From Pelomyxa schiedti (Eukaryota > Protista > Evosea): a stretch of DNA of 64,000 bases. Positions within the stretch are counted from its first letter, which is position 1. Every line of letters begins with the position of its first letter. The notes under the pieces are model-generated. The model was not told where the DNA came from. It did no database searches and saw only the letters and a list, made by a program, of their open reading frames with translations. This document shows, piece by piece, positions 13,166 to 25,660 of this stretch. The position numbers were made by a program, and so were the translations under genes. Location: NCBI GenBank assembly GCA_020536535.1, contig JAHLWZ010000004.1:248001-312000 (forward strand), read 5' to 3'.

Positions 13166-13982
13166 CTACGACCATAGTACAAAATTACATAATGCTTTCT
13201 GTGGTTCGATAAATTTTACATGTGGTGGCTCTATTTTGGAGTAGAAAACTTTTTCCACAAGCTGTTCCGGAACTCCCATTTTGACACAGTCACGCTCCTT
13301 TCTCCTCTGTAACCTGGTTTCTGTGGATGCAGCCACAAAGACCTTATATACAACCACACTTTTTAGTGTCCCAATGTCTTTCAATGCCTCAACAGCATAC
13401 AATCTACATTATAATAAGCCATTAAAGAAAAAAAAAAAAAAAGAGAGAAAAAGCAACTAACCCCTCAGCGATTATAACGGGCTTGTGCAATATCAAAGTC
13501 CCCCTATCACACACCCTCGTGTTTGACATCACGTCGTACCGCGGGGCCCACACGGGACCTCGCCCTCCCTCCCCTGCCCCAACTAGCGCCCTCACGGCTC
13601 CCGCGAACTCCCCGCAGTGGTACGACCCCGGCTGGTCGAACGACGGGCGAGGAGGCCGCGGGGCAGACCCAGGCGCAGATGCAGACGCGGCCGCCGAGGC
13701 AGAGGGAGAGGGAGAGGCATAGGGGGAGGGGGAGGGAGAAGGGGGGAGCTCCCGCGGGAGCAGGGGGTCTGAGGCGTCGCGGAACCACGAGTCCATGGTG
13801 ACCACCGACGCCAGGGAGTCGGTCAGGCGGCGCGAGAGGAGCGAGGACAGGTAGGTCTTGCCCGAGCACGACCCCCCGCATATCTCCACGAGGACCGTGG
13901 TGTGGCCCGAAGCGAGGTCCTCGTTGTTGATGGCCTGGATAAGAACCTCCAGGCCTCGGTCGAACGCACCCTCAAACGACAT
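13166..13982 (-). CDS. Uridine/cytidine kinase-like P-loop kinase
   Basis: VEICGGSCSGKT P-loop, MDSWFR, FDQPGS, APRYDV, VIIAEG|LYA, RLQRRKERD, FIEPQK. One intron near 13405-13458. Confidence 0.82.
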
Positions 13983-14077
13983 TTCGTTCAACTTACTTTG
14001 TGATTTTGAAAAACAAAATCTTGTTGTTTCCACTAAATTGCACAGGCAAGAGAAGGCAGACAATTTCTCCCACAATC

Positions 14078-14782
14078 TCACACCATCTGGATAATCCCAA
14101 TCATGCCAATCACCAAAGCAAGCAGACTTGCAGTCACACCTGGCGTGATAGTGTGTGCATCACAGAACTTCTGCATGGCCCCCATGCACTTTGCTATATC
14201 CTCAGAGTAGTACCCACTGCAAGAATTGCACGTGTAGTCGTCGCCGCACATACCCCACTCGGCAGTATCCAGGTCGTCGTCACATGTCATGTATGTGTAT
14301 CCCCTTTCGCGGTCGTAGGTGCACCCGACGGACCGCCATGTGAATCCATCCATTCCCTCCCAATTATCCTCGGTTGCTGGTGCACAATCGTCGTCATTGT
14401 ATAGGTAAGTTGTCAGCCTGTTGTCGTGTTTGGGGTTTGTATAAGAGAACTTTCATTGCATCTTTGGGCGAAGCTCTTACCCTTCTGGACGGACAATATC
14501 GTCGAAGGTCGCGTAGCATGTGAGTTGCACGTGCTGGCCTCCCAGTGACATACAGGTTCCGTTAGTGCACGTGTTGGCTGGATATCCTTCCATGTAGTAC
14601 ATCTCAGAGTCACACTCTGGCATTCAAAACAAACATGAGGAAACCGAGTCTAACACCGGGGCTGACGCACCATCAGAGTAGTAGTGCAACACGGCCCACC
14701 ACTCAGTATCGAGTATTGTTTGTGCTTGACTGAGCAAGGCAGCTGTAGCCGCAACCACAATAGCAACCTCCAGGAAAGACAT
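14078..14782 (-). CDS. Small Cys-rich secreted, probably GPI-anchored protein
   Basis: Signal peptide MSFLEVAIVVAATAALLSQA, Cys-rich core, hydrophobic C-terminus TASLLALVIGMIGIIQMV*. Two introns. Confidence 0.6.
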
Positions 14783-14999
14783 GAAGTCGTTTTTTTTTGA
14801 TTTTGTATTACTTGTTTTTTCTTTTTGTCCCGGTGTTATCTGATTTGGATTACGGCTTTTTTCTCTGAACTCATCTAAGAATGCCCCCTTGGGTCTGGAC
14901 ACCGGGAGACTTCTCTCTTCAGCCAGAATTTGTTTCCCTTAATTTCGCAATTCTCTTTACACAAGGAAAAACCACAGGACACAATCTGTGGTCCAGTGG

Positions 15000-17900
15000 T
15001 TAGACCTTTCCGAAGTGATGTACATTGGACCAGCCGGATGGGATTCCATCAGCAAGGTACTGTGAGCATAGAGTCAGAAGCTGAGTGTACCATAGGTCCT
15101 CTCCCTCAATTATCATTGAGTAGTCCGCACAACTTGCCGCCTTGCTATGGTATTCCTTTAGTGTCGCCACGCACTCTGCGAACTCAGCGGCCTCGTAGTG
15201 CTCCACGGCTTGGGTGAAAATCTCGCACAAGTTGACTACCTCCGTAGAGCAGGATTGATGGTCCCCTACAAGCTGGAATACAATGCTCGAGTTGGATTTG
15301 CCTTTGACCTGCATGAACGGTAAGGTGCAGAATTTGGTACTTAGGCAAGTGAATTCGTACCTGAACAGTTCCTAGCTTCCGGGTTAAGAAGGTGCTCTTC
15401 ACTCGTGACTGAATAGTGCCATCAATCAAAATGGAAGTTCCGAAAACTTTATTAAGTCCTTCTAAGCGGGAACTAGTTTAAATGTCAGTACGCGTGAATA
15501 AGATCGATTTGAAACATACGCTAGATTGACAGAATCCCCCAAGACAGTGTACTGAAATCTGTCATTACTTCCTGAATTTCCTGCTAAAACGGGTCCAGAG
15601 CACAGGGCAAATCGTGCGCGAAACACTGGTAGGTTTGCATTCACCCAATTCACCTGGAGTGCTTTTAGAGCCTTTTGAGCCCCCAGAACAGTTTGGCAAG
15701 CCTGAAGTGAGTTTAGCACATTCAAGGCCTTGAAATACTAGAGGATAGTACTTCTACTTCTTGATTTGGAACAGGATCCGGGCTACCCCAAAACGCCATA
15801 ATACCTGTGAGAAGAAGTTATAATCGGAAACCTGATAAAACAAAATCCACATACAGTCTCCAATCTATGCATGCATTAGAGGCAATAAAGGGAAGAAGTG
15901 CAAGATATACAATTTTATCGATCGTTCCATTATGATTTTTTATATGTTGACACATGAGGTCCATGAAATCTGTAAATACTTCCATCAGCGAACTTGGCGT
16001 TACCTCCTCGGTTATTGCAGTGAAATCCTGGTATAATTTCAAATTTCTTCCCAATCTGGAGTAGCTTACCACAATGTCACAAAACATTGTTGTGCAGTAT
16101 GTTCTATGTACGCCTAGCTTGGCCACTTTCGCCCGTTTCACTAACCAAGCAACAACCTGCATTGGCACGTAATGCCTGAACGACTGCAACATTCTCTTCA
16201 TCCTAGGGATAGATTGAGTAAATGAAGGTACCAAAAATGTTCAAACTTATGCATGCTACTCGCAATCGAACTAATCTCACTGAAGGGAGAAGCATAAAGT
16301 GCTAATTCTGCAGCACTTGTGCTTGTGAAATCCCCTTCTAAGAGAGCAGCTTGCTCCATTTGTTGACGGAGAGTTTTCAATGGAGAAGTAAGCATCACTG
16401 TCACTGCAGTTTTGTGAGACCGATCCAATTTTGAAGTGAAACATACGTATAAAGACGATAACAGAAAACAAAACCACCAACCCAGCAGAGACTCCAATTG
16501 TCTTTCCCATCATCAATCTCACAGTTCCGAAGTAATCACGCTGCGGAATCCCAAGCACGACAACGAAATCAGTGATTCCAGTACCAGGACGTGGATTGAA
16601 GACATCCATGAAGAGTTGGTATTTGGAGTCACGAACTTCAATAGTTCCAGTGTAGAGACGTCCAGTAGTGGTAGTATTTTTCAGTTGTGATTGCAGAACC
16701 AGTCCAATTTCTCTAGTAAGCTCGTCACTCGATTCCCACATCTATTACAAATCAGGGTGTTTCCAGTTGAGCCTATCCAAGCAAACCTTTATTCTTGCGG
16801 CATAACCATCGGAACCCTCAGTACTGAGAGCTACTCCATCCTTGTTTGTTGTAAGAATGTCTCCATTAACCTCAATTAGCCAGAAGTTTCCAGTCTTTCC
16901 CACCTTGATAACAATTACAAAAAAAAAAGTTGTCACTTCGGCGGTCAACTTCAAACCTTGGTACGCTCCGAAAGTTTCCTCAGAGACGACTGTAGGTAGA
17001 AATCTGCTGCTACAACACCACAAGGTGGATCTTGCCCACATCGCATAGGAGCCGAAACGGTGATTCCTGATTTCTGTGAACCAAGGGGTAAAAGGAACAA
17101 CAGATCTTTACCCAAATCGTTTTCGTCGTTGATGGGGTAAACCGATGACCACTGGAGGCTCAGTGTACTCATGGAAGATGTATACCTGAGTGGACGTAAG
17201 AGAGATTGAGGAGCAAGAATGAGGGGGCGCACCAGGGTCGCTGTCTGCAATCGTAGCCATTGCCGGTATCTCTTAGAATTGCTCCGAGTGTGACAGGTGT
17301 CATGGAGTCAATGTCAACAACTAAGTTTTTTGTAAGGCAGTTGCTACCAGGAGATTGTGTAGTACGTAGTCTTGACCAATTCGTTGCCCTGAACTGCTGC
17401 ATAACAATGGTTTTATTGTAGGTATCATAGTACCCTGCAGCTACAAATGCTCTCGACTGGTGCCCAGCGTAGATAAGCAACTGGGAAGAAAGTTACGAAA
17501 AGAGATTACTTATGAAATAGTCAACATATTTATAATCTGGGACAGCAGCCTGAACCAAGAAATGATCCCATAGCTTCAGCCATTTAGAAAAATATATCGG
17601 TGCAAAGCTAAAGGAACCTTCTCGAAGTTGGACTCGTCGCAAACTGAATTCGCGAAGCAAGGTAGCTCTGCATTCTCTTGAATAATGCGTTCTCCAAGTT
17701 TAAACACATCTGTCAAGAAATCATCTGTGCTGGTAGACACCTCCAGGTACATCATCCTTAGAAAATCTCAAAGAGCAGGAGAGACTTACAAAGTCCATGT
17801 AAGAGGACACTACACGGTCGATTGAACTGTTTGAGGATGTATACCACATAACCCAGACAGGCACTAGTGAGCACACAAGCGCCATCTCCAACAGGAGCAT

Positions 17901-18145
17901 AACAGCAGTCCTAATTGACACTTTTGGCATGCATCCCCTAGTAGATTGATATCACGTAAGTGCATGCAACATGGAAAACCACACAACACAAACCTGCGCC
18001 TGCTTCTAAGGAAATCAGACATCTTCTCGGTACTTGCACTCATTGCAGCCTCGGCGTCCGATCCACAGGACGACATTGTGTGGTTGCTGGACTCTGAGAG
18101 CGCCGACGCGGGTGACACCGAGGACATTGGCTGAACCTTGCTCAT
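15000..18145 (-). CDS. Receptor-type class III adenylate cyclase (TM - dCache - TM - HAMP-like - cyclase), bacterial-type catalytic domain
   Basis: TMFCDIVDFTAITE, GTIDKI(IGD)..MAFWG, GPVLAGNSGSNDRFQYTVLGDSVNLA..LEGLNKVFGTSILI. Lys and Thr at the specificity positions favour ATP. Ectodomain has YDCRQRPW, WSSVY, GITVSAP..GVVAADF (dCache_1 pattern). Confidence 0.9.
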
Positions 18146-18811
18146 TTGTGGTTGGTAGAGGTTTTTTGTTTTTTTTTGTTTTTGGTTAGTTGGTGTTTTG
18201 TTTAACAATCGGTTTTTTTCTGGGAATGAACAAAAATGGTTGGCCTTGACCGGTCGCCGCCCAAAGACCAACTGTGGATCTTTCCTCGAAAGTCTTTCCT
18301 CCTTCGGTCATTTGAAGTCAATCGGACCCTGTTAGAAGAAAAAGATCCAGAAACCGGAGTTTTTTTTTTGAGAAAGATTCCCGTCGCAGTCTTTTTGATC
18401 ATCAATCAATGACCAAATCATCATTGCTTTGATTACTACCATTCGGCGAAAAAAAACATGAAGAAGTGGGTGTCGTGACGTGGCGCATTGTGACCGCAGA
18501 CACATGTTGTGTATGTTGGCACCAAAACCGGTGATGCCGGATATGCGACAGTCTCGAGGAGCAAAGAAAAGGCTCCTTCTAGGAATAATCAAAGGGATTG
18601 AGACCTCATCACTCCCAAATCACTCCCAAAACGCTCCCGGGAGACATTTCCCATTTGGGTGAAAACAGCACTGCGACTGAGATGTATTTAACATCACCCT
18701 CTGTTCTCTGAAGTAACCCTCTTGACTGCGCACTGGATTTCTGGAGGTGGGGGAATGAAAACTAGAAGAGGGATTAGGGATACAACTTGTTGTTGGATTG
18801 GCTTCTATTAG

Positions 18812-20881
18812 CTAGCCAAGTGTTGCCTTGGTGCAGGAAAAGGATTCGAGGTGAGGGGGCTTCATGGTCCATGAAGAGAAGAAAGCAGACGGGTCATACA
18901 AGAAAGCCTGTTTTGCTCTAATGTAGCTGGTGGCAAGGAGTTTTAGTTCTTTGTATGTTGGTTCGGGTGTTGTTTGCACGAGGGCTTGATACTGCCTCAG
19001 TAATTCGAGTTTGCAGAGGCGTGAGCGCTGCTTTGGGTTGTTCCAGCTTTTTGCAGTGGTGCCAATTTTCTTCCCTGTTCCACTGAGGGTAACTTCGTGG
19101 TGCCCCGGAAACGTCCAGTTAATTGCTGTACGTATTAACTGTGAGTGGAAGAGTCAAAGTAAAGGGAGAGGCACATGTCCCGGACTTGTTTGGGAGTGTG
19201 TCCCCAGAGGGAATTGGTGGTGCTCCACAGGAAAAAATCGCTGGGCTTGAGATGTGGTAAGGCAGCTGTAAACCTGCCTTATGTTGGGAAATTGTATTGT
19301 GCTATTACTCATGAAACCTTGTTTGGTAGCCAATCTTGTCTGGAAAGAACGTCTCAGTGGTGCAAGGTTTATGTCTTTGGGTACAGTGATGGAAGAAAAA
19401 TATATCGGACCAACAATCTGGGAAAGTAAAGCTCCCTGTACACCAGTGATACACCACTGTGAAATCTTATCGCTGTTCATTAACAAAATCAACTACAACT
19501 TTTGAGGATGTATAAAGGCATACCTGCATGACATTGATAACGTTTGGTCACCAGCACCAGGTTTCAATCGGCAGACACTCCTTGCTTGATGTCCTTGTAC
19601 ATTAGATTCGTTGGTCTCTTTCCAGGCTGAGAGTACAGTTGTACTTCTGTCAGATGTCAGAAGCTGCTTTGCTCCAGTTGCTGGCCGTAGTGGTGGTGGG
19701 GAAGATATCTTGCCTTCATGTTGTGTATCAGCTGAAACACATTCACTTTGGTTTTCCTCATGCGGTGATGTGCATGCGTTTGTGTCCTGTACTATTCTGC
19801 GTCTCTTTTGCGTGGGGGAGGCTGCATCACTTTCATGCGAATTTACCCCCGTGGTACTATCAACAGAATCCGGAATGCAAGCGTCACCACCTGTTCAATG
19901 TAAGGTGCTGGGATTTCAGATTTTGCAGATATTATGGATCTTTACATGGAACAGCAGAGATATACATATGAAAAGAGATGTTTGTACGAAGACGCCACTG
20001 GGGAGGATCAGCGATTCCTTCCTGACTGAGTGAGGTGCAATGGGATTCTGGTGGGTGTGGTATTGGCAAGTTGTTCACTTTCTCAAAAACTGAGCTCCCC
20101 TCTTTCAGCTGTGAGTACACAAAAGATATAAATGCCCGCCTCACGATCACTTCAGCATGGCTGCCATAATCAGTGTGGTATATGAGTTTTAGAAATTCCA
20201 GAGAATGAGCCAAAAAAAAAAAAAAAAAACAGGGCACTTTCATTTTGCAAACCTGTCATTGAGCACATCACCAGTTGAGCACCTGGCCCCAGCCCCAAGG
20301 CACTTGTTCCCAGTGGCCAAGGCCACGGTAGTAAACACACTCCCACAATTACGGCATGCCCTCCGCGCAGCCTCTTCGCGTCCATCCTTTCCCCGCCGCT
20401 TCTGCCCTCGTGCCCCTTCGATCGCCGCCAGTGCATTCGCCGAAGCCGACGCCGATGCTGGCGGCGGCGTATCACGAGGCGCTGCGGACGACGAGGAGGA
20501 GGAGGAGGAGGAAGAAGAAGAAGAAGAAGAAGAAGAAGCGGTTGACGTAGCCTCCACGTGAGTTTGGGTCGTCACCTCCGCCTGTTGGCTGGAATTCGCC
20601 ACATTCGCTACCTGGCACTCCCCCGTTCGTGGTTGCTGCGGCTCGGCCTGATCCCCGTCATGCGGGGAGCACGCCGTGCGGCCGTAAGTCCCAGTCCCAG
20701 TCCCAGTCCCAGTCCCAGGGACACTCTCGGTCGCGTTCGCCGTCGCTGGGGGGTGCGGCTCCTCCTGCATGACTACCGAGGCGAGGCACGTCCACTCGGA
20801 TGGGGTTGGCTTGCCTTTCTTAGGCAACTGCCGCCACGACGCCAGCGTGGCGGTGAAGATGTGCGATCCAATGTTGCACAT
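18812..20881 (-). CDS. ADAT1: tRNA-specific adenosine deaminase 1 (A-deaminase/editase domain, no dsRBD)
   Basis: LPKKGKP..EWTCLASVV, VALATGNKCL, GDVLND..HAEVIVRRAF, FHMYIS..PC, TLSMSCSDKISQWCITGVQGALLS, C-terminal TYKELKLLATSYIRAK..W.MKP. Start approximate. Confidence 0.88.
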
Positions 20882-20929
20882 CAAAGTGCCGATTGTTTCT
20901 TTGAAGAGGCACACCTTTTCACCTGCCCA

Positions 20930-21714
20930 ATGAACAGTCTTCTGCTGCACATTGTCATTGATGCGCGGGACCAGTTCGTCGCCATCGCCGTTGTCGCGAT
21001 TTTGGGAAGATGTGCAGCACGCGGCCCTGCCCGTTTTCTTTCACTCTCTGGCTCACCGACCTCGGCCGCGATTGGATCGTATGCTCCCACAATTTGTTCG
21101 ACGTGCAGCTCAGCACGTGGGACAGATATTACGAAACGCACGTGGTTGTGTCTTTTGGCCTGTCACCGACACTGGGTGCTGTGACACACGCAAAGGTCAC
21201 ACAAATACACAACAATGAGTTGATTGGGTGGGTTGGGGGACATATGGGGACACACAGGCATGCTGTGGTGTCGGACTGGCCCCCAGACCGTATTCTTCCA
21301 AACTTGGTTGTTAGGGACATGACCGGTGGGTTTACATTCATCAAAATATAACCATTGCGCCTGTGGGTCATAAAAAAAGCCAAGTTTTCATCACCAATGC
21401 ACCGGTGCCCCACATGCATGTGGGAGTTGGACACTCACACAACCTGTATCAAACATCACTGTGAAATACAGACTCACTTTCGATTTTTCTCCTGAGCTCA
21501 CTACCATAAAAAACCCAGATACTAAACAACCTTCTGGAACTTAGACAACTCAGGTCAAGATAGGCAGGTCAATGTTCCCTTTGGCAATGTTTTCCATGTT
21601 GAGGGCCCTTTCTTTGGTGTCATCCCGTTCACAGGAGAAAGTGCCACCGAGGTCTGGGACATTAGACATCCTGAAAAGGGATGCATCTGTGTGCACAGAA
21701 GGGGTGCTGTGTGA
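20930..21714 (+). pseudogene. Probable member of a lineage-expanded orphan family; frameshifted near 21045, or using a downstream ATG at 21010
   Basis: IDARDQFVAIA..GRCAARGPAR in one frame, then LGRDWIV..VVSFGLSPTLG in another. The frame continues to HVEGPFFG..TEVWD if introns 21326-21379 and 21461-21544 are removed. Family assignment is from recall of archamoebal hypothetical proteins, not a search. Confidence 0.45.
21461..21551 (+). repeat. Copy 2 of the 91-nt repeat: 84-nt intron-like insert (21461-21544) plus ACAACTC
   Basis: 89/91 identical to 11996-12086, same orientation, GT...AG ends, contains an in-frame TGA. Confidence 0.9.
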
Positions 21715-21808
21715 CATTCATCAATGAACTTCGGTTTTGGGGCCACCGAGGTGACGACAAGAGAGAACAAAAAAAAGATCAGAGACAGTACAGTCTAAGT
21801 TTAGAAAC

Positions 21809-23464
21809 ATGTCTTCCTTCATACTCCCATTAAGTCATCATATCATATTCCTGGGTTCCCCTTGAGCTACTCTTTCCAGGTCTCACAGGTTCTGATCGCA
21901 GGGAACAAATTGTGGGTTTGTTCACCGAAGCCCAAAGATTCGCCCTGGAAAGGACACACCGGATGGCTGCCACCAACGCCTCGCGAATCAAGTCGCCCAG
22001 GGACTCATGGTGCACCAAGTTGCTGCCGTACGGAAGTGACCCCGCGTTTCGCAGCCAAAACACCAGCGCTTATGGGACGCTGCGCGTCGGCAAGCTGCTG
22101 GAGCACCTCGACGCCTTCGCCAGCGCAATTGCATACAAGCACTGTGACCTCACCTCTGCAATTGTGGAACTCGAGACGGAAGGCGGCGGCGGCGCGGCCA
22201 GCACGGCCAGCAGCAGCGCCCCCTCGATGCTCACCATAGTGACTGCTGCGGTCGACAGAATAATCGCCGACAGGTCGTTCTACGACGTGAGGAGCGACGT
22301 GCGCTTGTGTGGGTGCGTCACGTGGGTGGGTCGCTCATCCATGGACATCAGGATAGAAGCCAGGGTGGTTTCTTCCTCATCTTCTACTCCTGCCTCTCCT
22401 TCGCCTTCTTCTTCTTCTTCTTCTTCTTCTTCGTCGTCGCCGTCGTCGGCGACATCCTCATCGGCAACTTCTGCTGAGACTGAGGGAGACGCTACGGTGG
22501 CGTTTTTCTTGATGGCGGCACGTGACCCTGTCACGCACGCGGCGGCGGTTGTGCCTCCGTTAGCCCCTGGAACCCCTGAGGAGAGGGGGTGGAATGAGGA
22601 TGCTATCAGTGAGTCACTTTACTCTTTGCCTTTCACTTTTTCCCTTTTGTTAAGAATGTCTGTACTAGAGAGGCAGCAGCAACGCAGGCAACGCGTGGAG
22701 CACTCCTTGAGGAGGGAACCTCCTTCGGTGGAGGAGTGGAATGCAATACACTCGTTCTTTATGCAGAAGTCTTTGCAGAAGGAGACTTACCTCCCAATGA
22801 GCAAGACAGAATTTAAAAATACTTTGTTCATGCAGCCACAGGTTTTTCCTCCTTTCTTTTCATTCCGTAATGTGCCAACCTTCAGCAAGGAAAGGAACAT
22901 CCACAGGAAAATATTTGGTGGGTTCCTCATGCGGATTGCGTATGAACTAGCCTGGGTTACTGTTCACGTATTCTCCTTTTTTCCCCCCAACCCTACTTGG
23001 TTACACACCAACTTTTGACCAAGATGGTGTACAAAGTGGCTCCCCTTTTCCTCAGTATTGACGACCTCAATTTCCTTAAACCAGTAGAAATTGGTTCCCT
23101 TGTAACCCTCACATCCCGCATTGTATACACAACAGGCAACACAGTCCAAGTTGCCGTGGAGACTATTGTCCATCACCCAACCACAACTGCATGTGAGCTC
23201 ACCTTTAATGCCCACTTTACTCTGGCGGTTCCGCAGTCATCTGTAATCTGCATCCAGCCAGAGTCGTATGAAGAGGCAATGTTGTTCTTAGAGGGTCGGC
23301 GTAGATACCAAACCTTTGCCCCGGTATGTGTGCAGCTTCCATATGGCTTCTATAAGTCTAAGTGTGCTCTCAAGGTTGAGTTCCCAGTGAACACGTCTGT
23401 TTCCAGTACAGTAGACTATGGTACTTTGACTGGCATTCCCAGTTTGTCAAATTATTTGGTGTGA
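21809..23464 (+). CDS. ACOT9: Acyl-CoA thioesterase 9-like double hot-dog thioesterase
   Basis: GTLRVGKLLEHLDAFA, TIVTAAVDRI, GCVTWVGRSSMDI, ERNIHRKIFGGFLMRIAYELAW, FLKPVEIGS, PESYEEAMLFLEGRRR. Start is 21809 or 21963. Confidence 0.87.
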
Positions 23465-23496
23465 AATGAAAGCCCGATACAGAAAATTCAATTGTT

Positions 23497-25480
23497 TTAA
23501 TTGCATACAGGTTGGTATGTTTTGTTTTTGTAAAATAACCATATCACTTTGATTTGGTCTGCGTATAGTACAATAGTTCCTAGTATAACAAGTATGGTGC
23601 CTATGTATGACCAAGCTAGATTTATGTTAGGTTACAGAAAAAAATACAAGCCAAACCTGGAAAATGGTAGTGGTAGGCGTAGGCTTCCGATATTGAAGAG
23701 ATTGGCAACCTACAAACTAATGTCATATCCACCAAAGTCTTTGTGGTGGGCATACGCAAAGAGTGTACCAATTGAAATAAATAGAGCCGACGAACAGGCA
23801 ACACCAATTACAGTAGTGCTGGAGTTGGAGTGAACAAATTAGAAGGGAAAGCACTGCCCACATCTCTCCAAATGAGGAAATTATTGCATTTCCAAGTAAG
23901 TCGCCAATGGTATCCCAAGTCGGCCAGGTAATGTCACCAGACCACTTGGTGAAATAAAGAATCTACAAACATTATTCAAGATTGAAGGGAGTCACCATAC
24001 CGGGAGACCGACCCACATAAGGGAAAGCATGAACAAGCCAGAGAGACCTACAAATAGAAAAGGGTAAAAGACCATCCTCTCAATAGTTGGTTCAGTCTCA
24101 AATGAGTGATCAACACAATAGCGCTGGTATAAAACCTGCTATAGTATTATTATTGTATGAAGGGAGAAATTTAACCAGAAATAAGGACCACAATATCGTG
24201 TTCAGAAGCATTTCAATATACCCACGTGGTGTGTCCTGTGTATAATTTTCAGAACTCTGGTCTTCTGCTTTAACGGCTACGGAACATGAGCCGATTACAA
24301 CAGCATCATAGAAATACCAGTAAGTGCCACAATGATAACACCCACAACACACAAAAGTGTGGCAATTAACTTTGTAGCAATAATCCGCTCTTTTAAAATG
24401 GGAACAGCCTACATAAGGTAAGAGCATTAGGTTTTTGTTTCACAAGGAGCTTACCAACATGTAAACGAATACTGGTGTACATGCTGCCACTAAAAGAGGT
24501 TAGATGCTTATAGTATTTATTCTTTACCTGCAGTTGCTCCAGAAACACTAATGCCTGTGAGGCCAGCATACCACATAAGAGCACTTGTAAACATAAGGAA
24601 AGACATCAGAAACGAGGAAACGATGTATCGCTTCCAGGTAAATTGGCATTTTAATCGAGTCATTTTTTTCCCACGAAGAAGATACCAAGTTGCCCATACT
24701 AGTGCAAGCCACGATAGTGTTGATCTGGCAAACCAAGTCCTAGTTTAATCCATGTCAACATACAGAATACGAGTGCAGTTCATACATACATGAAGTAGGG
24801 GTTCTCATCATTGTCCTTGGTCTCATGTTGTACCAGAAATGCTAAAGCTATCCAGGGTACTAGTTCTCTACTAAGTCAAATGAAGTTCGATACTTTGACA
24901 TACTGATTGTAAGAAACATGCAAACACATGCAGAAATAAAACGGTAAAGAATGATACGCCTTGGTGCATGGCGCACAGTTGTATCAGATAGAAGTGGTTC
25001 CCCCTCTCTTATGGTATGATCAGAGACTGGGAACAGGGAAGACGTGGGTGAACTCCAAAATAACATTTCCCTGAATTTGTGAAACAACCCCAATCCTGCC
25101 TTGTCATTACATGCAAACCCCAACATAAAAAGGTAATGTACGTCTTGGTGGCCGGTGTAAAGTAGCCCAAGGAAGAGTGTTGGCTCCAGTGGGAGTTTCT
25201 GCTTCAGGGTCACGATCACCATTTGTTCTGTACAGTTTCATTTCGTTTGTACTGTGTGTCGGTGGCAATTTTACTGTAGGTTGCAAACTGTGAGGCTCTG
25301 CACTGCCCACAACGCCTGGCGACAGTGCCGCCGTGTTAGCGACTTCAGTCACATTCGTTGTTATACTGTCTGGGGAGCCTAGGTCACTGGCTTCTTCAGT
25401 GGTGGTGGTAGCAACAGCAGCCCCGTCAGATCCAGGCAGAGATCCCTCATTCAGCGTGCCGTCTGTGCTGGTGCTTAATA
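23497..25480 (-). CDS. DMT/EamA superfamily transporter, SLC35F-like
   Basis: Many hydrophobic exons: ENPYF, ITWPTWDTIGDLLGNAIISSF, IGVACSSALFISIG, LPISSISE, WSYIGTILVILGTIVL. Start codon not resolved. Confidence 0.6.
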
Positions 25481-25660
25481 ATTATAATTTGTGTTTTTTA
25501 GTGTATGCATGTGTTTCGTTTTTCGTTTCTGGTTTGGCATTGTTCCCCTGCGCTGATGGTTGGCTAGAAACCTGACGCCTCCTTCATCGCGAAAAGTCAG
25601 AAGAAGTTAGGAGATCGGCAGATCAGATGGCAGGAAAAAGCGGATCGAAAAATAAAAAAA

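Noticed and set aside
14828-14908. 9-bp inverted repeat TCCCGGTGT/ACACCGGGA in an intergenic gap
   Set aside because: Too short, with no supporting internal structure.
18280-18780. Short ORFs between the cyclase and ADAT1
   Set aside because: No motifs or convincing splice pattern; treated as intergenic/UTR.
21349-21351. In-frame TAA suggesting readthrough or an alternative genetic code
   Set aside because: It falls within a plausible in-frame intron (21326-21379). TAA, TAG and TGA all terminate conserved genes in this window.
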